From assembly GCA_963677895.2 (NCBI GenBank), contig CAXXGJ010000006.1, positions 320,001-384,000 of the forward strand: a DNA stretch of 64,000 nucleotides, in the 5' to 3' direction. Of the stretch, positions 1 to 8,443 are shown piece after piece. The notes beneath the pieces were generated by a model. It was given only the letters and a program-made list of their open reading frames with translations. It had not been told where the DNA came from and made no database searches. Numbering within the stretch: position 1 is the stretch's first letter; each line of letters begins with the position of its first letter. Position numbers and translations under genes: made by a program. This DNA is from Treponemataceae bacterium. GTDB taxonomy: Bacteria > Spirochaetota > Spirochaetia > Treponematales > Rectinemataceae.

Positions 1-112
1 CGCCGTCGCCGGCTTCCGCGACAAGGATTTCCTTCCGGAAAACCGCGGCGTTTACGTCGGGAAAATCGCGGACCTCTGTATGGCTGGTTTCGGCATAGCG
101 GGCCTGCGATGA
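1..112 (+). CDS. 3' end of an upstream CDS (partial, product unknown; possibly a TetR-like C-terminus)
   Basis: Frame from base 2 reads AVAGFRDKDFLPENRGVYVGKIADLCMAGFGIAGLR-TGA with GC3-rich codons and ends just before the next gene. Confidence 0.5.
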   Translation, partial: AVAGFRDKDFLPENRGVYVGKIADLCMAGFGIAGLR

Positions 113-132
113 GCCCAATACGGTCGGAAAGC

Positions 133-2349
133 ATGAAAGCGATACTGATCCAGCCGCCCTTCACCCAGCTCAACGCGCCTTATCCGGCGGTTCATTGCCT
201 CGAAGCCTTTCTCCGCGGCCGAGGCGCGTCGGCCGTCTCCTATGACCATTCGATCGATCTCTACCGCCGCGTTTTTTCGAGGAAGGGGCTGACGAAAGTG
301 TTCGCCGACGCGCGCGCGGCTCTCGAAGCCCGGGCCGTCCCGGAAAACGAAAACTCGAGGACGCAGGTCGAGCGCTACCTTTCCTATGAAAGGCTTTACA
401 TCGAATGGATCGACGGAATCACGAGCTTTCTCTCGGGAAGCGATCCCGCCATGGCGCATCGCCTGGCTTCGGCGGTCGAACTGCCTCAGGGCGCGCGGGC
501 CCAGGCTTTCCTGGATGAGCGCGACGGGCGGATCGGTCCCGACGAGGCCCGTTCGCTCGCCACCCGCATCCTCGACGACCTCGGGGACTTCATCTCCTAC
601 GCGCTCGATCCTGACTTCGGCACGGTGCGCTATGCCGAACGCCTCGCCTCCAGCCGCGCCGACTTCGGCGAGGTTCGCCGCGCGCTCGATTCGTCGTGGC
701 TCATAAGCGAATTCTATGTACCGATGCTCGAGGAGTTCTGGACGGCGCGCGCGGCAGAGGCTTCCCGGGAACCCATCGATCTCATCCTCATAACCATACC
801 TTTCCCCGGCTGCCTCATCGGAGCCTTGGCCTGCGCGCGGGTCGCGCGCGGGATTTTCGGCGCTCAGGGCCCGAGCCCGCGCATTGTCTTCGGCGGCGGC
901 TATGTCTCCACGGAACTGCGAGGCCTTCGCGATACGGGCATTTTCGACTTCTGCGACTTTCTCTCCTTCGACGCGGGCTACGGGAGCCTCGCTTCCATAA
1001 TAGACCAGGTTCCGGCGCCCTATAAAACCATGACGCGCCGCGGCGATGATATCCTTTTCAACGACGGCGCGTCGGAGGAGAAGTACAGGCTTCTGGAGCG
1101 CGAGGCCGTGACCACGGTATTCCCCGATTTCCGCAGCGTCGATTTCAGCGCCTACCTGAGGATCGTCGACTCCGAGAACCCGATGCACCGGCTCTGGTCG
1201 GATACGCCATGGCTCAAATACAGCCTCGCGCACGGCTGTTATTGGCGGCGCTGCTCCTTCTGCGATACCGAACTCGAGTATGTCTCGGACTTCGCGCGCT
1301 CCAGCACCCAAGCCCTGCTCGCCGCTGCCGGCGAGGCAAGCGCCCGCAGCGGCCTCTATGGCATACACTTCGTGGACGAGGCCATGCCCATGGCCTCCCT
1401 CCTCGACTTCGCGCGCGCTAATCGCGCGCGCGCTTCCGGCGGCGAGCGACCCTTCTCCTTCTGGGGAAATGTCCGCTTCGATGCCTCGTGGACGCAGGGA
1501 CGCTGCGAATTCCTGGCCGCCTCGGGGCTCGTCGCCGTTTCGGGCGGGATCGAGATCGCGACCGAGCGCGGACTCCGCATGACCGACAAGGGCTTCGACC
1601 TGGCGAGCCTCGTCCGGACCCTCGTCGCGATGCGGCGGGCCGGTCTCCTCGTGCACACGTATCTGATCTACGGTTTTCCGGGACAGCCGGTCGGCGACAT
1701 CGTCGACTCGGCGGAGTTCTGCCGCCAGCTCTTCGCCTCGGGCCTCGTGGATTCCGCCTTCTGGCATCGCTTCGTGCTCACGAGACATTCGCGCATGTAC
1801 CGGGAGTGGCGGGACGGAAAGCGGCAGGCGCTCAAGCCTTCGGACAAGCCCTGGCGTTTCGCCAACAACGACCTGTCCTTCGCGGGAGAAGAAGCCTTCG
1901 ACCGTTTCGACGCGCCCCTCGCGGCGGCCCTCTCATCCTGGATGGAGGGCAGCGGACTGGACATGCCCGTATCGACCTGGCTCGGCAGAGGCCTTCCCAA
2001 GGCATCCATCTCCCCCGACCTCGCGGAAACGCTCATCGCTTCGGCCGAGGAAACCCTCGACGCGAACCGACCCGCGCAGAAGGCGAACGCGCATTGGGTT
2101 GCGGGCCTGCCGATGGTGAAAGCCGCGGGGCGGGATGCGGGTCCAGACGCGGCGCGTCTGACCTGGGCTTATCGCGGAGAACTGCGATCCCTGGAGCTTT
2201 CCCTCGACCTCGCGAGGGCGACCTCCGCGATCCTCTCTTCCCCGACCCTCGCCATTCAGGGCAGACCATACGCCGATCTGGAAGCCGAGCTCGCCCTGCC
2301 GCCGGAATTCATGGCCGAGCTGCTCTCGGCAGGCCTCGTCGTCGTGTAG
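133..2349 (+). CDS. B12-binding-domain-type radical SAM protein
   Basis: CxxxCxxC motif HGCYWRRCSFCD, VFGGGY, FVDEA, YLIYGFPG; N-terminal IQPPFTQLNAPYPA; start placed at ATG 133 (MKAILIQ). Confidence 0.85.
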   Translation: MKAILIQPPFTQLNAPYPAVHCLEAFLRGRGASAVSYDHSIDLYRRVFSRKGLTKVFADARAALEARAVPENENSRTQVERYLSYERLYIEWIDGITSFLSGSDPAMAHRLASAVELPQGARAQAFLDERDGRIGPDEARSLATRILDDLGDFISYALDPDFGTVRYAERLASSRADFGEVRRALDSSWLISEFYVPMLEEFWTARAAEASREPIDLILITIPFPGCLIGALACARVARGIFGAQGPSPRIVFGGGYVSTELRGLRDTGIFDFCDFLSFDAGYGSLASIIDQVPAPYKTMTRRGDDILFNDGASEEKYRLLEREAVTTVFPDFRSVDFSAYLRIVDSENPMHRLWSDTPWLKYSLAHGCYWRRCSFCDTELEYVSDFARSSTQALLAAAGEASARSGLYGIHFVDEAMPMASLLDFARANRARASGGERPFSFWGNVRFDASWTQGRCEFLAASGLVAVSGGIEIATERGLRMTDKGFDLASLVRTLVAMRRAGLLVHTYLIYGFPGQPVGDIVDSAEFCRQLFASGLVDSAFWHRFVLTRHSRMYREWRDGKRQALKPSDKPWRFANNDLSFAGEEAFDRFDAPLAAALSSWMEGSGLDMPVSTWLGRGLPKASISPDLAETLIASAEETLDANRPAQKANAHWVAGLPMVKAAGRDAGPDAARLTWAYRGELRSLELSLDLARATSAILSSPTLAIQGRPYADLEAELALPPEFMAELLSAGLVVV

Positions 2350-2369
2350 CGGTGAACAACGCTCCTTTC

Positions 2370-2386
2370 TTTATATAAAATTTACG
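2370..2386 (+). promoter_or_regulatory. KdpE-like direct-repeat binding box
   Basis: TTTATA-taaaa-TTTACG matches the E. coli KdpE site layout TTTATA-N5-TTTACA; extra TTTATA at 2413-2418; upstream of trkH-kdpD-kdpE. Confidence 0.6.
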
Positions 2387-2449
2387 GTGGGCCTCAAAAA
2401 ACCTCCACCATCTTTATATCGCCCTCGCTAAAGTAAGCGTCGAACACTC

Positions 2450-3937
2450 ATGAACTTCCAATTATCCGGCACAAAGGCCGAAGGGTATCAACTTGTCGCG
2501 GGCTATCTCGGCGCGGCGGCGATGGCGGCGGGCGCCGTCGTCCTGCTTCCACTCCTGTTTCTGTTGGCTTTTCCGGAAGAAATGCCCTACGCCGTCGATT
2601 TCATCGCTCCGGGCGTCGCGAGCATTACGATCGGATACCTCCTCCTGCTGTTCATCAAAGGCAAGAGCAGAAGCCAGCTCCGCAAGCACCAGGACTCGGT
2701 CGTCATCGCGGCCTCATGGATCATCGCGATCCTGGTTTCCGCTGTGCCGTTCATCATGACGGGCCGATACGATTTCCCTCATGCGATTTTCGAAGCCGCG
2801 AGCGGATATACCGCGACGGGGCTCACGGTCGTCGACGTCGAACAGAGTCCGAAAATCTTTCTCGCCTTCAGGAGCATCATGCTCTATTTCGGCGCCGTCG
2901 GCTTCGTGCTCGTGATGACTTCCGTTCTCTCGGATCGCTATGGAATGCGCCTCTACACCGCCACCGGACACAACGACAGGCTCATTCCCAACCTCATCGC
3001 GTCGATGCGGACCGTGTCGGCCATCTACGCCGGATACATCGCGTCGGGCACGGTACTCTATCTTGTTTTCGGCATGAGCTGGTTCGACGCGCTGAATCAC
3101 TCGATCGCGGCGCTTTCCACGGGAGGCTTCTCCACGAAAGCCCAGAGCATCGGGGCCTATGACAGCTTCCCTATCGAAATCGTCACGATGGTCCTGATGC
3201 TTCTCGGTTCCACGAACTTCTTCGTCCACCTTCTTATCATCAAGGGCAAATTCTCAGGCTGGCTTCGGCACTGCGAGACGAAGCTTTCCCTCGTTCTCAT
3301 CGGCCTCGCCGCGCCTCTGATCTGCGCGCTCCTTCTGGGAGGGGTCGCCAAGGACCTGTCGCGAGCCGCCAGACTAGCGCTTTTCCAGACGGTGTCTGCC
3401 CTGACTACCACGGGATTCCGGACGACCAGCGATTTCGCGGCTTGGCCTTCTTCGGCGCTCTTCATTCTGATAGTATTGATGCTGGTCGGCGGTGGCGCGG
3501 GATCGGCCTCCGGAGGCATCAAGCAGGCAAGGATAACGATTCTTCTCAAGTCCGCGCTCCGGAACCTGCGGCAAAAATTCAACGACAGGAGAATCGTCGC
3601 GCCCGATACCATCCACGCCCTGGGCGGGAAAATCGCCATAAGCGACGAGGACAAGACCCAGGCGGGCTTGTTCGCCCTCGTTTATCTCGCCATATTCGCC
3701 ATGGGTACGCTCGCTTATTGTTTTTTCGGCTATTCGATACAGGATTCGGCCTTCGAGTTCGCGTCGGCCCTGGGGACGGTCGGGTTTTCGACAGGCATAA
3801 CCGGCCCTGCCTCTTCGTCCGGCGTCCTATGGGTGGGAATCGCCGGAATGCTGCTGGGGCGACTGGAAATCTATGTCGTATTCATGGGGTTCGCGCGAAT
3901 CGCCAAAGATGCCGCCGACGCGATTCATGGAAGGTAA
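2450..3937 (+). CDS. trkH: TrkH/KtrB family potassium uptake membrane protein
   Basis: Multi-TM protein with four pore-loop motifs SGYTATG, LSTGGF, LTTTGF, LGTVGF; GGIK and GRLE motifs. Confidence 0.92.
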   Translation: MNFQLSGTKAEGYQLVAGYLGAAAMAAGAVVLLPLLFLLAFPEEMPYAVDFIAPGVASITIGYLLLLFIKGKSRSQLRKHQDSVVIAASWIIAILVSAVPFIMTGRYDFPHAIFEAASGYTATGLTVVDVEQSPKIFLAFRSIMLYFGAVGFVLVMTSVLSDRYGMRLYTATGHNDRLIPNLIASMRTVSAIYAGYIASGTVLYLVFGMSWFDALNHSIAALSTGGFSTKAQSIGAYDSFPIEIVTMVLMLLGSTNFFVHLLIIKGKFSGWLRHCETKLSLVLIGLAAPLICALLLGGVAKDLSRAARLALFQTVSALTTTGFRTTSDFAAWPSSALFILIVLMLVGGGAGSASGGIKQARITILLKSALRNLRQKFNDRRIVAPDTIHALGGKIAISDEDKTQAGLFALVYLAIFAMGTLAYCFFGYSIQDSAFEFASALGTVGFSTGITGPASSSGVLWVGIAGMLLGRLEIYVVFMGFARIAKDAADAIHGR

Positions 3938-3938
3938 T

Positions 3939-5408
3939 ATGGATCATAAGCACAGCGCCATGGCCAAGCACGCCGCCGAGACCTTCGGCATCCTTCTCCT
4001 CTCCACCCTCGTGGCCTTTCTCATCCGAAGCCTCAATCTGCGGGTCGAGAACATCCTCATAATCTACGTGCTCAGCATCCTGATCATCGTCATCGAGACG
4101 AAACGCTACATTTGGGGCGTCCTCTCCTCCTTCTTCTGCATATTCACCTTCAACTATTTTTTCACCGAACCGCTGCATACATTCACGATCGACGACCCGT
4201 CCTATTTCGTCTCCCTGGGAATCTTCCTGATCTCGGCTTTCATCGTCTCCACGCTCACGTCGAGACTCCAGAGCCAGATCGCCATTTCCGCGCGCAACGA
4301 GGAAATGACCGACAAGCTTTATAAAGTCAGCAACGGCTACCTGAATATTTCCGAAAAAGATGAAATCGTCGCCTACGGCGAAAAAAGCATCACCATGCTC
4401 ATCGGCAAACCTTGCGCCATTTTCTACGGCGAAGCTTCTGCCCTCGCCGATCCCGAGGCTGCCGCCTGCTATGCGAAAAAGCCCGCCGAAAGCGTGGAAG
4501 GCTATGGTCCCATGATCGCCGGGAAGCGCTTCATCCCCGTCATGAACCAGAACAAGACCGTGGGTGTGCTCAAGATCGACTGCTCGGAAGGCGACATCGC
4601 CAAGGACGAAAGACTCTATCTCGAAACCATACTTTCCCAGTTCGTCATGGCCATGGAGCGCGAGGAACTGCATCAGGCGGAGGAACGCCATCGCATCAAC
4701 ATCGAAAAAGAACGATTGAGAAACAATTTATTGAGAAGCATTTCCCACGATCTTCGGACTCCCCTCACCGCGATCGCGGGAGGTTCGGAATTCCTGCTCG
4801 ACCGCAGCCGGGACATAGACGAGGAAACGAAACGGAGCCTGCTCGCCGATATCCATTCGGACGCGGTCTGGCTCGGAACCATGGTCGAGAACCTCCTCAA
4901 CATGGCCCGCATCCAGGAGGGGAAGCTCATCATCAAGAAACAAGCCGAGATCGTGGACGATATCGTGAGCGAGGCATTATCGAGGGTGGCCAAGAATATC
5001 GGGCAGCACCGTCTTTCCTACATTCCCTCCCAGGGCATCCTTCTCGTTCCCCTGGATGGGCAGCTCATCATCCAGGTGCTGATAAATCTCCTCAACAACG
5101 CTATCGAACACACGAAGGCCAACTGCCATATCGTCGTGAAGGTCGAACAGCGACAGGACAATGTGGAGTTTTCGGTTTCCGATGACGGGGGAGGGATGGA
5201 AAAGGAAGTCCTGGACCACCTGTTCGAGAGTTTCGGGACGTCGGGAAAGAACGCGGCGGAGAGCAGGAAAGGCGCGGGGCTGGGCTTGAGCATCTGCAAA
5301 GCCACGATTCTGGCGCATGGGGGCTCCATAACGGGCATGAACAACGCCGAGGGCGGAGCCACTTTCTCTTTTTCTCTCCCTATTACAGAGGAGGAAAGCC
5401 GTGGATGA
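3939..5408 (+). CDS. kdpD: KdpD-like sensor histidine kinase (DUF4118 TM, GAF-like, HisKA, HATPase) lacking the N-terminal KdpD/USP domains
   Basis: FNYFFTEP TM motif, LLRSISHDLRTPLT H-box, NLLNNA, DDGGG, GLGL; start ATG 3939. Confidence 0.85.
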   Translation: MDHKHSAMAKHAAETFGILLLSTLVAFLIRSLNLRVENILIIYVLSILIIVIETKRYIWGVLSSFFCIFTFNYFFTEPLHTFTIDDPSYFVSLGIFLISAFIVSTLTSRLQSQIAISARNEEMTDKLYKVSNGYLNISEKDEIVAYGEKSITMLIGKPCAIFYGEASALADPEAAACYAKKPAESVEGYGPMIAGKRFIPVMNQNKTVGVLKIDCSEGDIAKDERLYLETILSQFVMAMEREELHQAEERHRINIEKERLRNNLLRSISHDLRTPLTAIAGGSEFLLDRSRDIDEETKRSLLADIHSDAVWLGTMVENLLNMARIQEGKLIIKKQAEIVDDIVSEALSRVAKNIGQHRLSYIPSQGILLVPLDGQLIIQVLINLLNNAIEHTKANCHIVVKVEQRQDNVEFSVSDDGGGMEKEVLDHLFESFGTSGKNAAESRKGAGLGLSICKATILAHGGSITGMNNAEGGATFSFSLPITEEESRG

Positions 5409-6093
5409 AGAAAGAGTCCTGATCATAGAGGATGATAAAAGCATACAGAACCTGTTGAGAATATCGCTCAAAGCCAGCGGCTATCGCTGCGATACGGCTG
5501 AGTCGGGCCTTTCCGGCATCTCGCTTTTTCTCGCCAACAACCCGGGCATCATCCTCCTGGATCTTGGCCTGCCCGACATCGATGGTTCCGAAGTGCTAGC
5601 CCAGATACGGATGCGTTCGCGGGTTCCCGTCATCGTCATATCGGCGCGGGATCAGGAGAGGGAGAAGGTAGTGGCTCTGGATGCGGGAGCCGACGATTAC
5701 ATCACCAAGCCATTCAACATCCCGGAACTCCTGGCGAGGATTCGCGTAGCGCTCAGGCACGCCGTTCCTCGGGATATCGAACCGACCATATTCTCCATCG
5801 GCGGGCTTTTCATCGATTTTGAGCGGCGCGTCGTGACGGTAGACGGGAAGGATGTGCATTTGACCCCCATCGAGTACAGACTTCTTGCCCTTCTCGCCGA
5901 GCATTCTGGCAAGGTCTTGACCCATCAGTTCATACAGAAAAAGGTATGGGGCTACGAAACGACCGATGAATATCAATCCCTGAGAGTTTTCATGGCCAAT
6001 ATACGAAGGAAAATAGAACCGGAGAGTTCGCATCCGCTCTACATTCTGACGGAAATCGGCATCGGCTATAGATTGGTCGAAGAGTTGACCTGA
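5401..6093 (+). CDS. kdpE: KdpE-like OmpR family response regulator
   Basis: IEDD, LDLGLPD, ALDAGADDYITKPF, winged helix LRVFMANIRRKIE...GIGYR; overlaps the kinase stop. Confidence 0.9.
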   Translation: MDEERVLIIEDDKSIQNLLRISLKASGYRCDTAESGLSGISLFLANNPGIILLDLGLPDIDGSEVLAQIRMRSRVPVIVISARDQEREKVVALDAGADDYITKPFNIPELLARIRVALRHAVPRDIEPTIFSIGGLFIDFERRVVTVDGKDVHLTPIEYRLLALLAEHSGKVLTHQFIQKKVWGYETTDEYQSLRVFMANIRRKIEPESSHPLYILTEIGIGYRLVEELT

Positions 6094-6114
6094 AGGATAT
6101 TCAGAGGAAAAGGC

Positions 6115-6378
6115 ATGAAGCAAATCTTTAAAATCACGTTTCCGAACAACAAAATCTACATCGGAAAAGATTTGACCGGAACACTGACATATTTCGGGAG
6201 CTTCGATCCGCACTATGTAAAGGCGGACTACAAGAATGTCAAAACTCCCCACTTTACCTTAAAAAAAGAGATTCTATGGGAATCGGAAACGGCGGACGAC
6301 GAGGATGTGGCCCAAAGGGAAGCCGCTTATATCCGGATATTCGATTCGGATAATCCCAAGATAGGATATAACCGATAG
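6115..6378 (+). CDS. Small GIY-YIG nuclease-family protein
   Basis: IFKITFPNNKIYIGKD, conserved Glu (QREAAYI) and C-terminal GYN. Confidence 0.75.
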   Translation: MKQIFKITFPNNKIYIGKDLTGTLTYFGSFDPHYVKADYKNVKTPHFTLKKEILWESETADDEDVAQREAAYIRIFDSDNPKIGYNR

Positions 6379-6391
6379 GGATGATGATAAT

Positions 6392-6423
6392 AAAAAAGCC
6401 GTTCCCGAAGGAGCGGCTTTTTT
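6392..6423. terminator. Bidirectional intrinsic terminator
   Basis: AAAAAAGCCGTTCC-cgaa-GGAGCGGCTTTTTT between convergent genes. Confidence 0.85.
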
Positions 6424-6446
6424 CACAGCGCTAAGACTTTAGGGTC

Positions 6447-6719
6447 TTAGTAGCGGTCGTTGCTGCGGCGGGGCTTGTCCATGGCTTCGTTCACTTTGAT
6501 CTGGCGACCATCGAGATCGATACCATTGGTACCATTGATTGCTGCGCTGGCTTCATTGTCCGAACCCATTTCCACAAAGCCGAAGCCTTTGGAAACGCCG
6601 GTGTCACGGTCAGAGATGATTTTCGCCGAAGCGACAGTACCGTAAGTCTGAAAAAGATTTCGAAGGCTGTCCTCAGAAGTATTGTAGCTCAGATTCCCGA
6701 CATAAATTTTCTTGCCCAA
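6447..6719 (-). CDS. RRM-domain RNA-binding protein (Rbp type)
   Basis: RNP2 IYVGNL and RNP1 KGFGFVEM; TTG start at 6719 after GGAGGA. Confidence 0.95.
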   Translation of the reverse strand: MGKKIYVGNLSYNTSEDSLRNLFQTYGTVASAKIISDRDTGVSKGFGFVEMGSDNEASAAINGTNGIDLDGRQIKVNEAMDKPRRSNDRY

Positions 6720-6732
6720 AGTAAATTCCTCC

Positions 6733-6838
6733 GCCCGAAGCGTTGCATCGGGCATCTAAAACCTGTATCCACGGTAAGCGTGGATATGCTGAACAATGGA
6801 TTTTTTGTATCCATTCTTAAGTTAATGGCATTGTATCA
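6733..6838 (-). promoter_or_regulatory. Extended -10 promoter and three-hairpin 5' leader of the RRM gene
   Basis: TG-A-TACAAT at 6838-6830; inverted repeats at 6795-6815, 6766-6786 and 6733-6753, the last abutting the RBS. Confidence 0.55.
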
Positions 6839-6921
6839 CATTGTTCAAACAATAAATAGGTGGCTGGGACCTATTTTCTTCCTAAACCTCGCGTGCGCGG
6901 TTTTGCGGGCAAATAAAAGGG

Positions 6922-7947
6922 TCAAATCGCTTTTCCGGCCAAAATTTCCCTGTAATCGGCAAAATTTTTCGCAAGAAGCGCGGGAGCATCCAGATCGTAG
7001 GGGCATCGGGACTTGCATTGGCCGCAGTGGAGGCAGTCTTCGATCTTCTTCATCATCGCCCGGGACTCGGGCGAGAGCAGCTTTTTCGGCGGGGAACGGC
7101 GTATCATCAGGGACATGCGCGCGCAGATGTTGATCTCTATGCCCACAGGGCAGGGCATGCAGTAGCCGCAGCCGCGGCAGAATTCGCCCAGGAGTTCCGT
7201 CCTGTCCTTTTCGATGAGGGCGCGGATTTCCTCCGTCAAACGGGGGGGATCGGCTATATAGGCGAGGAACTCATCCAGCTCGCTTTCCTTCTGGATGCCC
7301 CATATGGGAAGCACATTGTCGAACTGGTCGAGGTAGGCATAGGCCGCCGCCGAGTTGGTGATCAGGCCGCCGGAGAGCGCCTTCATGGCGATGAGCCCCA
7401 TGTCGGCGTTTTTGCATTTCTGGACCAGTTCCAGGTCTTTGGCCGTCGAAAGGTAGGAAAATGGAAACTGGAGAGTCTCGTATAGACCCGAATCGACGCT
7501 TTCATGGGCGATCTGGAGTCGGTGGTTGGAAATGCCGATGTGGCGGATCTTACCCTTTTCTTTTGCCTCGAGTATCGCCTCGTACAGGCCCGTGCCATCC
7601 CCCGGTTTCGGGCAGAAGGCGGGATTGTGGAACTGATAAAGGTCCAGATAGTCGGTCTGGAGATCGCGAAGGCTGGTTTCGAGGTCGGCGCGCAGGTTTT
7701 CGCCCGTCTTGGCCTGCGTCTTGGAGGCTATGAATACGTTCTTCCTGACATCCTTAAGGGCCGCGCCCAGCTTCTTCTCGCTGTCGGAGTAGCCCCGCGC
7801 CGTATCGAAGAACCCGATTCCGCCCTTGTATGCTTTCAGGACGAGAGCCGCTGCTTCTTCCTGCGGGATTCGCTGGATGGGCAGGGCTCCGAAGCCATTC
7901 TTGTTCACCTCGATGCGAGTTTTTCCCAGTATGACCGTGGACATGGC
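6922..7947 (-). CDS. Aldo/keto reductase with C-terminal 4Fe-4S dicluster
   Basis: GFGALPIQR, FDTARGY, ASKT, DLYQFH; CRGCGYCMPC and CLHCGQCKSRCP. Confidence 0.92.
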   Translation of the reverse strand, partial: AMSTVILGKTRIEVNKNGFGALPIQRIPQEEAAALVLKAYKGGIGFFDTARGYSDSEKKLGAALKDVRKNVFIASKTQAKTGENLRADLETSLRDLQTDYLDLYQFHNPAFCPKPGDGTGLYEAILEAKEKGKIRHIGISNHRLQIAHESVDSGLYETLQFPFSYLSTAKDLELVQKCKNADMGLIAMKALSGGLITNSAAAYAYLDQFDNVLPIWGIQKESELDEFLAYIADPPRLTEEIRALIEKDRTELLGEFCRGCGYCMPCPVGIEINICARMSLMIRRSPPKKLLSPESRAMMKKIEDCLHCGQCKSRCPYDLDAPALLAKNFADYREILAGKAI

Positions 7948-7987
7948 ATTCCTTCCTTGTGCCGCCCGTTTTACCATGAAGGCACTG

Positions 7988-8023
7988 GATTATGGAAGCG
8001 ATTATGAAAGCGATTATGGATGC
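7988..8023. repeat. Three 12-bp tandem repeats
   Basis: GATTATGGAAGC GATTATGAAAGC GATTATGGATGC. Confidence 0.85.
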
Positions 8024-8173
8024 GGCCAGAAAATCGTGTTGACAGCGGTTCCCTCGGCGGGCGGCGAGGCATGGCCACGTCTGCGTGATTCTGGCTTCGA
8101 TTTCAATGATGAAACATTGGAGCGTGGTGTTTCTCTCCCGATAGCTCTGACTCTTGGGTACGAAAACGCATAA
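8024..8173 (+). pseudogene. Remnant of an M20D amidohydrolase C-terminus
   Basis: Translates to ...PSAGGE-AWPRLRDSGFDFNDETLERGV..., resembling PSMGGED...LH...FDFNDExLxxGV with an internal deletion. Confidence 0.55.
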
Positions 8174-8233
8174 ATTATCACCATATGGTTATATTTACTC
8201 ATAAACGACAACAAACATTATTAAAACTTTTAA

Positions 8234-8261
8234 TTGACATAAGGAATTTTCAGTCTATACT
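8234..8261 (+). promoter_or_regulatory. Sigma70-type promoter of the creatininase/ABC operon
   Basis: TTGACA-N16-TATACT in an AT-rich intergenic region. Confidence 0.75.
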
Positions 8262-8443
8262 TGGGAACTTATTGGGATAGGATGATGCACCTATATATAT
8301 GCATAATCTTCCTCGACGCGGTTCTGCAAAACCCCTGGGGAGATTCTTAAGCAGTCTTCTTTTATACCAGGTGTTTTAGCCGACTGGATATTGATACCGC
8401 GACAGTGCGTAAAATCAGCCCATAACCCTCAAGGAGCAGCGAT

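Noticed and set aside
52..1788. 578-aa minus-strand ORF and other long antisense ORFs (e.g. 23608-25203, 19642-20619, 37947-38972)
   Set aside because: They are shadows of well-supported genes in high-GC3 DNA and carry no recognisable motifs.
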